Part shown: positions 8,725-18,554 of the stretch, one piece after another
Numbering within the stretch: position 1 is the first letter of the stretch
Layout of the letters: every line of letters starts with the position of its first letter
Virus record (IMG/VR): IMGVR_UViG_3300037882_001770
Location: 253,494-317,493 of that record
DNA: 64,000 nt
Direction: 5' to 3' (one strand)
The notes under the pieces: model-generated
Database searches by the model: none
The model's input: only the letters and a program-made list of their open reading frames with translations
What the model was told of the DNA's origin: nothing
Made by a program: the position numbers and the translations under genes

Positions 8725-11700
8725 ATGAATATTAATGAACTGGATTCTTTTCGTCTTTCTGATGCTGTAAAGTTTAATGATACATTAAACCCACGTCTGT
8801 GGGACAAGCAAGAAAAATTAAAGCCCGAAATCCGAAATCGTCTGTTGGAAATAGCCGACGATTTTCGTGAGTTTTTAGGCGTTACTAATTTACAACTCAA
8901 AGACATTACAATATCAGGCTCTAATGCAGCCTATACCTACACCCCACACAGCGACATTGACCTGCACTTAGTGGTGGACCTGCCCGAAGCAGATCAAAAC
9001 GAAGTGTACCGTGAATTGTTTGACGCTAAAAAATATCAATACAATGATATGCACAATATCAAACTTGGTGGGCACGATGTAGAATTGTATGTTGAAAATG
9101 CCAACAAAAAACCAGTTAGTCAAGGCATATACAGTGTCTTGAACAACGAGTGGGTTGATATTCCGCAACGTAAAAAAGCCAATGTTGACGACATTAGCAC
9201 TCGCAACAAATACAATGATTTGAGTCAGCGCATTGATTCTGCTATTCGCAGTGGCGATCAAGAACAGATAGAAACACTCAGCAGCAAAATCAAAGAAATG
9301 CGTCAGACTGGACTAGATCAGCACGGTGAATTTGGTCCAGAGAATTTGGCATTTAAAATGTTGCGTACTCAAGGCAAAATCAAAGAGCTATACGATGCTC
9401 GCAATGCGGCCAAAGACGAATTGTTGAGCTTGGATGAACGCAAAAAGAAACGCAAAAAGAAAGTTCGTTACGGATACGGCGGTTACTGGTATCCAGGCAC
9501 AGCCTATGCCGGTCAAGATCATTCAGCCGGAACCGAAGGTGGTGGTGGAGACGGTGGTGGTGGTGGTGAAAGCATCAGAGAATCTGCGGAAACCACCGAC
9601 GAAGAAATTCTTAAAGACTTTGTTGACTTTTGTGTCAAAGAATTAAAAATAGAAAATTTACCAATTATTAAATTACGACGTGATCCGCAATGGCCGGTGG
9701 TGCACAAAACCTTTGGGCGTTATAACGATGACAAAGAAATGCTGGAAGTGGCATTCGGTCAACGACACATTATGGATGTGCTTCGCACAGTGGCGCATGA
9801 GCTTACCCATCGGCATCAACACGAGCGTGAAGACGTTCCGGGTGATGCCGGTGAAACCGGCAGTCCTTACGAAAACGAAGCCAATGCCAGGGCCGGAGTA
9901 CTCATGCGTGACTATGCCGGACTGCACCCAGAATATTTCAAAGTAGGACAAGCAGAAGAATCACACTGTGACGAAGTTGATGAAGGGCTCAAAGGTAAAT
10001 TAGGTGCCATGGCTGCTGCGGCGTGTATCGCTGGCACCCCTGGATGTTCAACTACTGCTGGTGCTCTTAAAACTGCACAAGATGTTGGGCGCACTGCTCA
10101 GACTGTTAAGAACATGAGCCGTGCTGGTGTTCAAGATGAGCTTGGCCAAGAACTGCGTAATTTTCTTCGGGCCCAGGGCGGCGAACCTGGCAGTCAAAAT
10201 CAAAGTAGATTGTACCAATTACAAAAGCGAGCCACACAAAAAGAATCAGCTAGTGGCTATATTCCCACAAAGAAACAAGCCAAAGATCCACGTTTCAGCA
10301 TGGCACTTACACAGGATATCAAGCCTGGCCAACTGGGTAAAGAGGCAAACAAATTAAAATTAAAGACCGATCGTCAAGGCCATCCGCAAGTAGCTAGCCC
10401 CAATGGCTTGTTTGAAAAATTAAGTTTAGAATTAAACAAATTTAAAAAAGGTGAAACAGACGAAGACTATAGTCCAGACAATCCGCCCGGACCCGAGTTT
10501 AAGCCCACTATGCCAGCAGGAACTCTGCGTGTAGATGTAAGCGATGTATATGATTGGTACAAATTAGGCCAACATATCAGCAACATGCAAGGCCTAGGCA
10601 AACATGATTTTGGTCAAGGTCCTCCTGGTGCTATTGTTAGTTTTGGTGACGAAGATACCGAACATAAATTTATCCAAGATCTTGAAGCCACTGGGTTGGA
10701 TATCACAGACATTGATCCTGCAGATCCAAAACAACCTGCTGGGATGCGCACCATCAAAACAGATCCTACATACAAGGTAGATGAAGTAATACAAGCTCCT
10801 GTAAACAAATATAAAGATGATAAACAGTATTATAATTTCATTATGGCCAAACATAAACTAGGCCGCCCATTAACACGTCAAGAACAAGAATATGTAAGAA
10901 GCTACAAAATGTTTAATCAACAAGTTGCAGAATCTGTTGACCAACTAGACGAAGTGGCCATGAGCCCCAGTGCCTTGGCCAAGTGGGCTCAAAGTCCAGA
11001 AGCCGAAGGCATACGTGCTGGTTTTGAAGCCGAACTGATCTTTCGCGATACTACCAATGACGACGATGATGATACCGAAATGGAGCCCGACTATGATTAT
11101 GACGAACGGCCTCGCAGTATATCGGATGTCATAGACTTTTTTAATGGTGGCGACTACGGTGGCCTGAGTGATAGACAAGAAGGTCGATTACAAGACGGTC
11201 TAGATCAACAGTACATGGAGTGGCAAGACGAACGCATGTATGACGCCTGGCGTGACGAACGTGAAGACTTGATCCGTGAAGCCTGGTTGCGTGAAAAGCC
11301 CATGGTTGAACGTGTTCACGACTATCTAGTAGAAGGCATGGACATGGACGATCGAGAAGCTGATCGCATTCAAGCAGCCGGCGACGCGGCCCCACGCTTT
11401 ACCAAATTGAGTGACCAAGAGGCTTACAAACAAGCCAACCCAGATTACGCAACTTATTTGGAAGCCGATGAAGGCGCCGAAGAAATCCTACAAGAAGAAG
11501 TTGAGCAGACCATTGAGAAAGAAGATGGCTTCTACGACGAAGTCCTGGATGAATTCCGCGAGAATTTTTATACTGACGATGACTCTAGCTTCTTTCAGGA
11601 TGTTGGGCTGGGTTACATGAGTGACATAGCGTCAGAATACAGCTTAGACTGGCCTTATCTGACTGGATCCGGCGGTGGCAACAACGGTGGACGTCGTGAG

Positions 11701-13362
11701 TGGGATGATGTTGGCAACAGTTTACAAGATGCTATAGACATGCCGGTTCGAGTCAGCCAGGGCTATCACAGCATGCCACGCAAGGAAGGTCAATGGATTG
11801 TGGAACCTGACTCCAGTTTGAGTCCGGACGACAGAGAAGACTTTGGCTTGGAAATAGTAAGCCCACCCTTGCCCCTATTGACTGCACTGGAAAAACTGCA
11901 AGAAGTCACCGACTGGGCCAACAATCCCTCAGAAGGCAATGCCTATACCAACAGCAGTACAGGCCTACACATGGGTGTCAGCGTGCCTTATAAAGGTGGC
12001 GATGTGGACTACTTAAAACTGATCCTGTTCCTAGGTGACGAATATGTGTTGCAGAGTTTTGGACGTGAAGCTAATACATATACCAAATCAGCTATGAAAG
12101 CCTTCCGTGAAAACATTAGGTCAGGACGTGCTGATCCTGCAGGTGCCATGGCCCTGATGCGGAGCAACCTAATAGAGTTTGCCTATAGGGAAATACAAAA
12201 AGGTGTGGGTGGCGGCAAGTACACCAGTGCGCACATACAGGACGGCTATATTGAATTCCGTAGTGCTGGTGGTGACTGGTTGGCCGAGGAGTCAGCAGAT
12301 CCCCAAAAGTTATCCAGTACCATGTTGCGCTATGCTAGAGCCATGCAGATAGCGGCCGACCCTAGTGCCGAACGTAGAGAGTTTGCCAAAAAGTTATACA
12401 AGATGGTGTCTCCCGAAGGTGATAGTCAACTAGCCCTGTTCAGTCAGTTTTCTGCAGGTGAGCTCACAGCAGAACAACTCAAGAAAAAGTGGGCTGAAAA
12501 GACCATTGGCACAGAAAAGAAAGCAAATCAACGCTGGAAGCTGTATCAAATGGCCGACGGCGGATGGCAACCGGTGTCAGGTGCTGAATGGAACGGCTAC
12601 ACTGAAGAGCAGGTCAAGAATGCTGTATGGAGCAAGTACGGGCGTGAAGCACTAGATTCCGGTGAATACAAGTTGGTCAACATGGGCGAGCAGGAGTGGG
12701 AAGTATACCGTGTTGACACAGGTGAAACTCTCGAAGTGGTCAAAGGCAAGAGTCGAGGCGAAGTGGCTGATTCAGTGTATGACAAGTACGCAACCCAAAA
12801 GATTGGATTCAATGTGCGTCCATATCAAGATCCTGCCACCATGACTCCAAGAGCCAAGTTGGCCAAGCGTATTGCAACCAAGAAACCAGAACCAAAACAA
12901 GTAGCCAACCAAGCAACCAACGAGCGTGGCGTTCCTTATTGGGAAGTATATGACATTAGCAACGACCAGATTGTGATCCATACATTCCTAAGTGATACCG
13001 CAGCCGACGCCAAAGTAGATGGAGCAAATTGGCTGAAAAGTTTTGGTGCTACACACCCCGAGTTGTTTGCAGTAAGACCCAAGATAAAAACCGCACAGGT
13101 CAAAGATGTAGAACCTAATGTGGCACAGAACTTTGACAGTGCTCGAGACAGTGCCACCCTGCAGACCAACTTGCAAGGCAGGTCATCGCCGGATGCAACT
13201 GAAGTCCCTCGCAACTGGGAATTCGTAAATCGTATAAACGGTCAAGTTATTCATAATATGACAAATGCCAGCTATAACCAGGCCAATGTAGTGCAAGATA
13301 ATCTTGAACTTAGATATCCAGATGCAGACATATATTTGCGTAGTGTAGAGAGATCAAATTAA
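8725..13362 (+). CDS. Large multidomain (polyvalent) protein: nucleotidyltransferase + zincin metallopeptidase + amidoligase-like domain
   Basis: GSNA...SDIDLH (Pol-beta NTase), AHELTH (HExxH), GFEAE...EIVSPPL...STGLH...IEFRSAGG (COOH-NH2 ligase type); TAAATA at 8711. Confidence 0.75.
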   Translation: MNINELDSFRLSDAVKFNDTLNPRLWDKQEKLKPEIRNRLLEIADDFREFLGVTNLQLKDITISGSNAAYTYTPHSDIDLHLVVDLPEADQNEVYRELFDAKKYQYNDMHNIKLGGHDVELYVENANKKPVSQGIYSVLNNEWVDIPQRKKANVDDISTRNKYNDLSQRIDSAIRSGDQEQIETLSSKIKEMRQTGLDQHGEFGPENLAFKMLRTQGKIKELYDARNAAKDELLSLDERKKKRKKKVRYGYGGYWYPGTAYAGQDHSAGTEGGGGDGGGGGESIRESAETTDEEILKDFVDFCVKELKIENLPIIKLRRDPQWPVVHKTFGRYNDDKEMLEVAFGQRHIMDVLRTVAHELTHRHQHEREDVPGDAGETGSPYENEANARAGVLMRDYAGLHPEYFKVGQAEESHCDEVDEGLKGKLGAMAAAACIAGTPGCSTTAGALKTAQDVGRTAQTVKNMSRAGVQDELGQELRNFLRAQGGEPGSQNQSRLYQLQKRATQKESASGYIPTKKQAKDPRFSMALTQDIKPGQLGKEANKLKLKTDRQGHPQVASPNGLFEKLSLELNKFKKGETDEDYSPDNPPGPEFKPTMPAGTLRVDVSDVYDWYKLGQHISNMQGLGKHDFGQGPPGAIVSFGDEDTEHKFIQDLEATGLDITDIDPADPKQPAGMRTIKTDPTYKVDEVIQAPVNKYKDDKQYYNFIMAKHKLGRPLTRQEQEYVRSYKMFNQQVAESVDQLDEVAMSPSALAKWAQSPEAEGIRAGFEAELIFRDTTNDDDDDTEMEPDYDYDERPRSISDVIDFFNGGDYGGLSDRQEGRLQDGLDQQYMEWQDERMYDAWRDEREDLIREAWLREKPMVERVHDYLVEGMDMDDREADRIQAAGDAAPRFTKLSDQEAYKQANPDYATYLEADEGAEEILQEEVEQTIEKEDGFYDEVLDEFRENFYTDDDSSFFQDVGLGYMSDIASEYSLDWPYLTGSGGGNNGGRREWDDVGNSLQDAIDMPVRVSQGYHSMPRKEGQWIVEPDSSLSPDDREDFGLEIVSPPLPLLTALEKLQEVTDWANNPSEGNAYTNSSTGLHMGVSVPYKGGDVDYLKLILFLGDEYVLQSFGREANTYTKSAMKAFRENIRSGRADPAGAMALMRSNLIEFAYREIQKGVGGGKYTSAHIQDGYIEFRSAGGDWLAEESADPQKLSSTMLRYARAMQIAADPSAERREFAKKLYKMVSPEGDSQLALFSQFSAGELTAEQLKKKWAEKTIGTEKKANQRWKLYQMADGGWQPVSGAEWNGYTEEQVKNAVWSKYGREALDSGEYKLVNMGEQEWEVYRVDTGETLEVVKGKSRGEVADSVYDKYATQKIGFNVRPYQDPATMTPRAKLAKRIATKKPEPKQVANQATNERGVPYWEVYDISNDQIVIHTFLSDTAADAKVDGANWLKSFGATHPELFAVRPKIKTAQVKDVEPNVAQNFDSARDSATLQTNLQGRSSPDATEVPRNWEFVNRINGQVIHNMTNASYNQANVVQDNLELRYPDADIYLRSVERSN

Positions 13363-13943
13363 TGAGAGCACAAGAATTCCTTGCTGAAAACAAGCAAGCC
13401 ACTGCAAAACAAGTGTTGGCCTATATCAACCAAACACACCACGAGCCCATGACCGCAAAGTTGACCACGGCTGTGCGGGCACACCCACAGTGGGAACTGC
13501 GTCAGGTTTCATTACAGAATCTCAACATACCTGATCAGGACTACGAAGATCCAGAACAAGAGCCCGAGAGTGACCCTTACGGTCGTGTTATGGCAGTTGA
13601 TCCAGATCATGCCAACGAATACAGCACTCGGGTAGTAGATCGACACCCTATAGTGATTGATGATCAAGGCTATATTATAGATGGTAATCACCGAGCTTGG
13701 GCCGCCGCAGAACTGTTAAATCGTGATTCTATATCAGCATGGGTGCCGGTTAAACAAGATATGACGGAAAACTTTGCTGATGGCAAGGTCAAAGGCAAAA
13801 GTCGTCCAGGGCGTGTAAAACGTAGTGGAGCTAGTTGCAACGGAAGCGTAACAGATCTACGAGCTCGTGCTAAACGTGCAAGTGGCGAAAAGGCCAAAAT
13901 GTATCATTGGTGTGCCAACATGAAATCAGGAAAGAAAAAATGA
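13362..13943 (+). CDS. ParB/Srx-like domain plus basic C-terminal module
   Basis: PIVID...IIDGNHR; starts MRAQEF. Confidence 0.65.
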   Translation: MRAQEFLAENKQATAKQVLAYINQTHHEPMTAKLTTAVRAHPQWELRQVSLQNLNIPDQDYEDPEQEPESDPYGRVMAVDPDHANEYSTRVVDRHPIVIDDQGYIIDGNHRAWAAAELLNRDSISAWVPVKQDMTENFADGKVKGKSRPGRVKRSGASCNGSVTDLRARAKRASGEKAKMYHWCANMKSGKKK

Positions 13944-15370
13944 GATCAGATGAATTTATTTCAGAAAATTTAAAGAAGTGGTTCAAAGAAAAATGGGTGC
14001 GATTTGGCCCCGACGGCAAGATCCGTGGTGACTGTGCTAGAGGAAGCAGCGGCGAAGGAAAACCTAAATGTTTGCCACAATCAAAAGCACAGGCCTTGGG
14101 TAAAAAGGGTCGTGCTTCGGCCGCGGCCAAGAAGCGTAGGGAAGATCCTAACCCAGAGCGTCGTGGGCCAGCCAAGAATGTGGCCACCAAGGTTCGTGAG
14201 GATGCAGACCAATGGGAATTACGCATTGTGGATCAGTGGGAAGACGACGATCCTGAAAGCTATGGCAAAATGGATGAGTATGAATTTGATGTGTTACACA
14301 ATGGTCAAAGCGTAGGACGTGCTCGTGCTAACAATTATTTCGCCAATTTGTATGTGGACCTAGACAACGGCAAACACATTGAACTTACTCATCAAAAACA
14401 TGAAAATCATCCATTGATGAAGGAATACGAGCGTCTTGTCTGGGGCCTAGACGAAGGGCAAGACCTGGATGAAGCCTGCTGGAAAGGTTATCACAAAGAA
14501 GGTATGAAAACCATGTTTGGCAAACGCTACCCTAACTGTGTTAAAAACAAAAATGAAAGTTTAGAAGTGTACGTCAATCGTGGAGAATGCCCAGGTTGTG
14601 GCGGAAGCATGGTTGCCGAAGATCAAATTACAGAAAAACAAGATGCTTGTTATCACAAAGTAAAATCAAGATACAAAGTATGGCCCAGTGCTTATGCATC
14701 TGGTGCACTGGTTCAATGTCGTAAAAAAGGTGCTAGTAACTGGGGCAACAGTAGCAAAAACGAAAGTGATGAACAAGAGCTAGATGAAAAATGGAGTCAA
14801 AAATACAAGAGTAGCATTAACTGTGCTGACCCCAAAGGTTTCAGCCAGAAAGCTCATTGTGCAGGTAAAAACGAAAGTGTGGAGAATATGATGGATGAAC
14901 TAGATAGAATTTTAGAATTAAGTACAGGAATAAGTGCCGGCGAACGAGCCGAATTAAATGAAGAGTTTGATTTGATTGAATCAATTATTGACACCCTGGC
15001 CGATCGCAATGGTGTAGATGCAGAAGCAATTTGGGAAGACCTAGAAAGTCTTGATGATGATGAACTGTATGTATTTGCAGTTACCCAGGACCCTATCATG
15101 GAAGATTGGCAAAAAGCCAACAAGAAAGACAAGACAGCCGGAATGAGTCGTAAAGCGGTCAAGGCTTATCGTCGTGAAAATCCAGGTAGCAAACTACAAA
15201 CCGCTGTTACCACTAAACCTAGCAAGTTAAAAAAGGGCAGTAAGGCCAGCAAGCGTCGCAAAAGCTACTGTTCTCGATCAAAAGGTCAAATGAACATGCA
15301 CAATATCAGCTGTGCCAAGACTCCAGACAAAGCTATCTGCAAGGCGCGCCGTCGCTGGAACTGTGAATGA
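13940..15370 (+). CDS. Modular protein of short basic Cys/Trp-rich domains
   Basis: Start re-assigned to MRSDEF (ATGA overlap); basic modules (LKKWFKEKW, CWKGY, WPSAYASG, KWSQKYK) separated by acidic linkers. Confidence 0.65.
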   Translation: MRSDEFISENLKKWFKEKWVRFGPDGKIRGDCARGSSGEGKPKCLPQSKAQALGKKGRASAAAKKRREDPNPERRGPAKNVATKVREDADQWELRIVDQWEDDDPESYGKMDEYEFDVLHNGQSVGRARANNYFANLYVDLDNGKHIELTHQKHENHPLMKEYERLVWGLDEGQDLDEACWKGYHKEGMKTMFGKRYPNCVKNKNESLEVYVNRGECPGCGGSMVAEDQITEKQDACYHKVKSRYKVWPSAYASGALVQCRKKGASNWGNSSKNESDEQELDEKWSQKYKSSINCADPKGFSQKAHCAGKNESVENMMDELDRILELSTGISAGERAELNEEFDLIESIIDTLADRNGVDAEAIWEDLESLDDDELYVFAVTQDPIMEDWQKANKKDKTAGMSRKAVKAYRRENPGSKLQTAVTTKPSKLKKGSKASKRRKSYCSRSKGQMNMHNISCAKTPDKAICKARRRWNCE

Positions 15371-15714
15371 GATTTAGCGAATTTGTTGCTGAACAATATC
15401 AGTCTCGTCCGGCTACATTTGCGGACGGAACACTGAGAATGAGCAAACACTTACAAGATCGTAGTGTGCAACGAGATATTCCTATGGCAAGTATAATGAA
15501 AGTTTTGCAGAAACTTGAAGCAGTACGTGGCAAAGATCTAGCAGCATTGCCGCCAACATCATTTATTGTTAAAACTCCTGAAAATTTTGAATTAGCTATT
15601 ATCAAAACTCAAAGCCTAACTACTAACAAAGTAGAATATATAGTAGCTACAGTTCGTCAACAACTAAGACCCGGAGCCGGACAACGAATTATATACCTGG
15701 AACAGCAACAATGA
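15367..15714 (+). CDS. Hypothetical protein (possible RelE/BrnT-like RNase fold)
   Basis: Starts MRFSEF; SKHLQDRSVQR resembles the S-x-H-x-x-x-R motif; fold call is weak. Confidence 0.45.
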   Translation: MRFSEFVAEQYQSRPATFADGTLRMSKHLQDRSVQRDIPMASIMKVLQKLEAVRGKDLAALPPTSFIVKTPENFELAIIKTQSLTTNKVEYIVATVRQQLRPGAGQRIIYLEQQQ

Positions 15715-16655
15715 GAGCTCAAGAATTTTTATTAGAATATAGAGAGCCTAAAAGTAAACGTGCTCATCGTGGTGGAATAGATCTAGAAGCCTGGCAGGAT
15801 GGCCTGCACTTTCAAATCAATGCCACCAGCCACGGTCGTGAGCTGGGTCGTGTGGCGTTTGATGTTCAATTCCAAGGCAAAGATACAATTCTAGTAGCAC
15901 AAGATTTAATGATACACCCAGAATATCGTGGACAAGGTATTGCCGCCGTCATGTATGATTATGCCAAAGAACTGGGCCATGTGGTTGAACGTAGTCCTGA
16001 GCAAACGGATGCCGGCAAACAATTCTGGGACAAGAATCGCGGCGAGGAAGGTCGTGTATGGGAGTCTGAGTTAGATGAAATAGCCCGCATACCGCAAGGT
16101 GACTTTGGCACACCTGGCACCATAGTTCCTCCTGGACCCGAAGTTGAGCGTAAGGAATTGCCCGGCGGGTCTGGACTAACCTACGGCGTAAACAAAGAAA
16201 ACGATCTAATAGAAATTATGGTGTTTGATGGTGAGGATCTTGCAGGCGAACTTGACATAGTGTACACTCGCGGTCCAATGAAGACCTGGGCGGTGGATTC
16301 GGTTGCTGTGGAACCCAAGTATCGCGGTCGTGGTATTGCCAAGGCCCTGTACGGCATTGCACTCAGCATACTTAAACTACCGATCGAAGCTGGTCAAATA
16401 CAAACTAGCTACGGTCAAAAAATGTGGCTCATGTTAAATAGTATACCCGGAGTTGAAATAGTAGGCGTAGCACAAGATCCAACCAAAGACTATCAACCCA
16501 GACCAGGAGATAACATTGTGCGGCAAAATGCAACATATACAACCTATACATTTCCAGTATCAGCCGGTCAATCCAGCATGCGCAGCCGTAGACCTGGTAC
16601 AGGCATGTATACCAGACCCGATACCACAATGGTAGCAAGGTGGACAGGATCATGA
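15711..16655 (+). CDS. Tandem GNAT acetyltransferase domains
   Basis: Two acetyl-CoA motifs: HPEYRGQGIA and EPKYRGRGIA; starts MRAQEF. Confidence 0.8.
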   Translation: MRAQEFLLEYREPKSKRAHRGGIDLEAWQDGLHFQINATSHGRELGRVAFDVQFQGKDTILVAQDLMIHPEYRGQGIAAVMYDYAKELGHVVERSPEQTDAGKQFWDKNRGEEGRVWESELDEIARIPQGDFGTPGTIVPPGPEVERKELPGGSGLTYGVNKENDLIEIMVFDGEDLAGELDIVYTRGPMKTWAVDSVAVEPKYRGRGIAKALYGIALSILKLPIEAGQIQTSYGQKMWLMLNSIPGVEIVGVAQDPTKDYQPRPGDNIVRQNATYTTYTFPVSAGQSSMRSRRPGTGMYTRPDTTMVARWTGS

Positions 16656-16861
16656 AAGCAAAAGAAATCTACGCAACATCAAAAAAACAAGCTACACAGT
16701 ACAAACTTTGGGGAGCCAGTGTGTCTATCAAGCAGCCCAATTATGTTGGACGAATTGATGTTACAGTAACAGCCCCCAATGCTCAACAGGCTCGAGTACT
16801 AATGAAAGCTCAGTACGGTGTACAGGACTGGCAAGTAGGCAGTGTTCGAGAGATAAAATAA
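16652..16861 (+). CDS. Small hypothetical protein
   Basis: ATGA overlap; starts MKAKEI. Confidence 0.55.
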   Translation: MKAKEIYATSKKQATQYKLWGASVSIKQPNYVGRIDVTVTAPNAQQARVLMKAQYGVQDWQVGSVREIK

Positions 16862-16926
16862 GGGCTAGTGAGTTAACCGCAACTCCTACCTACATTCCCA
16901 TGAAATAATACACAGCTAAATACAGC

Positions 16927-17223
16927 ATGAATCGTAAATTTGTGCGTGTGTTAGCAGATGTATATTGTGACTGGGAAGGCCTGGCGCCCAACTATCGCGT
17001 TTACGTCAACGATGAATTATTTGCTGAACGCACATGGGTATGGACCAACGAATATTTAGAGGAAATGTTGCAGATTGAAGCACCAGTCGGTGAGTACAAT
17101 ATACGTTACGAACTAGTTCCTCCACATTTGGCACATATCGAGGTAAAAAAGATATTTGTTGATTTTGGTCCTGGAACCATGATTGATAACCATACATTAA
17201 AGGTACATGATGAGAGCCAGTGA
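16927..17223 (+). CDS. Hypothetical protein
   Basis: ATG 4 nt after TAAATA. Confidence 0.6.
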   Translation: MNRKFVRVLADVYCDWEGLAPNYRVYVNDELFAERTWVWTNEYLEEMLQIEAPVGEYNIRYELVPPHLAHIEVKKIFVDFGPGTMIDNHTLKVHDESQ

Positions 17224-17413
17224 GTTTATAGCAGAAAATGCCAGCGCAGGCGGCACTAGTAGTGGTAGTATAGCCACAGTGGCTGCACCACTAGGCGGCA
17301 CCATTAGTAGAAATGGCGGGAGTTTCTTTACAGGCGCTAAATACTCTAACGACGCCTGTCCTAATACCCCGGACTGGATGAAGAAACAAAAAGGAAAACG
17401 ACGTGTTAAGTGA
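17207..17413 (+). CDS. Small hypothetical protein
   Basis: MRASEFIAE N-terminus, ASAGGTSSGSIA low-complexity segment, basic tail. Confidence 0.6.
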   Translation: MMRASEFIAENASAGGTSSGSIATVAAPLGGTISRNGGSFFTGAKYSNDACPNTPDWMKKQKGKRRVK

Positions 17414-17843
17414 TTTACTAAAAACTTATTTGGCAAGCACATTTGCCTATTACTTAAAAGCCCATATGTTTCACTGGAACGTTGAAGGCCCAGATTTTGG
17501 CGAATTACACAAGTTTTTATCTAAAATTTATGAAGATGCATTTGATGCCATTGATCCCATTGCTGAATATATCCGTACCACAGAAGAATACGCACCTGGA
17601 AGTTTTGAACGTTTCCAAGAACTAAGCCAAATATCAGGACAAACTAAAGTTCCCCGGGCCCGACTAATGCTAGAAGAATTACTCGCAGATACACAAACCA
17701 TGATTGACATGAGTCGACAAGTGTTTGAGGCCAGCGCAGCAGAAGGTCGCGAGGACATTGCAAATTTTGCAGCAGAACGACAAAGTCAGCATGGCAAATA
17801 CATGTGGCAGATGAAGAGTTATTTGAAAGATGCTAGGGCATAA
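17403..17843 (+). CDS. dps: Dps/ferritin-like DNA protection protein
   Basis: KAHMFHWNVEGPDF...LH...D-x-IAE ferroxidase signature. Confidence 0.85.
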   Translation: MLSDLLKTYLASTFAYYLKAHMFHWNVEGPDFGELHKFLSKIYEDAFDAIDPIAEYIRTTEEYAPGSFERFQELSQISGQTKVPRARLMLEELLADTQTMIDMSRQVFEASAAEGREDIANFAAERQSQHGKYMWQMKSYLKDARA

Positions 17844-17846
17844 GGT

Positions 17847-18539
17847 ATGAGCAATCACAACGATATCTACAGCATAGTTGAACGTCTTAGAATTCTTGAA
17901 GAAGGCCTTGATGCTGATCAAAAAAGTGTAAATCAGTTGAGCGCAACATTCAAACCCAAAACAGTAGCAGTGCTTACAGCCAAGACTGATCCTAAAAATC
18001 CACTTGGTGGTAAATTGGTTGGGTCAGAAGGGGTAGAAGATCACGAAGAAGTGGTCGAAGCTGTTGCCACCGAAGACATTTTAGACAAGGTAAAAAACAG
18101 TTTTCATGACTATTTAAAAAGTATCGAAAATGAAATCAAAAGCGATCCAGATCTCAAAGACAAGATAACCGCAGACTCAGATCTCAAAGACAAAGAAAAA
18201 AACAACCGAGATCTAGTTGCCAAGAAATCTAAAAAAGAAATTGACGAAGATCCCACCGAAGAAGAGCCAGTTACTGCTGAGCCACCAGTGGTTACCTCTC
18301 AAGAACCTGTAAAGAATCCAACCTATGCTGAATCAGCGTGTGTTAAGAGTATTACCATGGAAGATGGCCGTATTTGCGAAATTCACGGAAACGAAAGTAC
18401 AGGATTTGAGATCCGTCACGGCAATCGTATTATGCCAAGTCGGTTTAAACATATCGATGATGCTACTATGGCTTTAGAAATGTTTAAAAACCGTCGTCGT
18501 ACACAGGACGAATCACAAGATTACATAGACGAAGCTTAA
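17847..18539 (+). CDS. Acidic hypothetical protein
   Basis: 230-aa ORF in late block. Confidence 0.55.
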   Translation: MSNHNDIYSIVERLRILEEGLDADQKSVNQLSATFKPKTVAVLTAKTDPKNPLGGKLVGSEGVEDHEEVVEAVATEDILDKVKNSFHDYLKSIENEIKSDPDLKDKITADSDLKDKEKNNRDLVAKKSKKEIDEDPTEEEPVTAEPPVVTSQEPVKNPTYAESACVKSITMEDGRICEIHGNESTGFEIRHGNRIMPSRFKHIDDATMALEMFKNRRRTQDESQDYIDEA

Positions 18540-18554
18540 AGAGAGAAAATAAAA

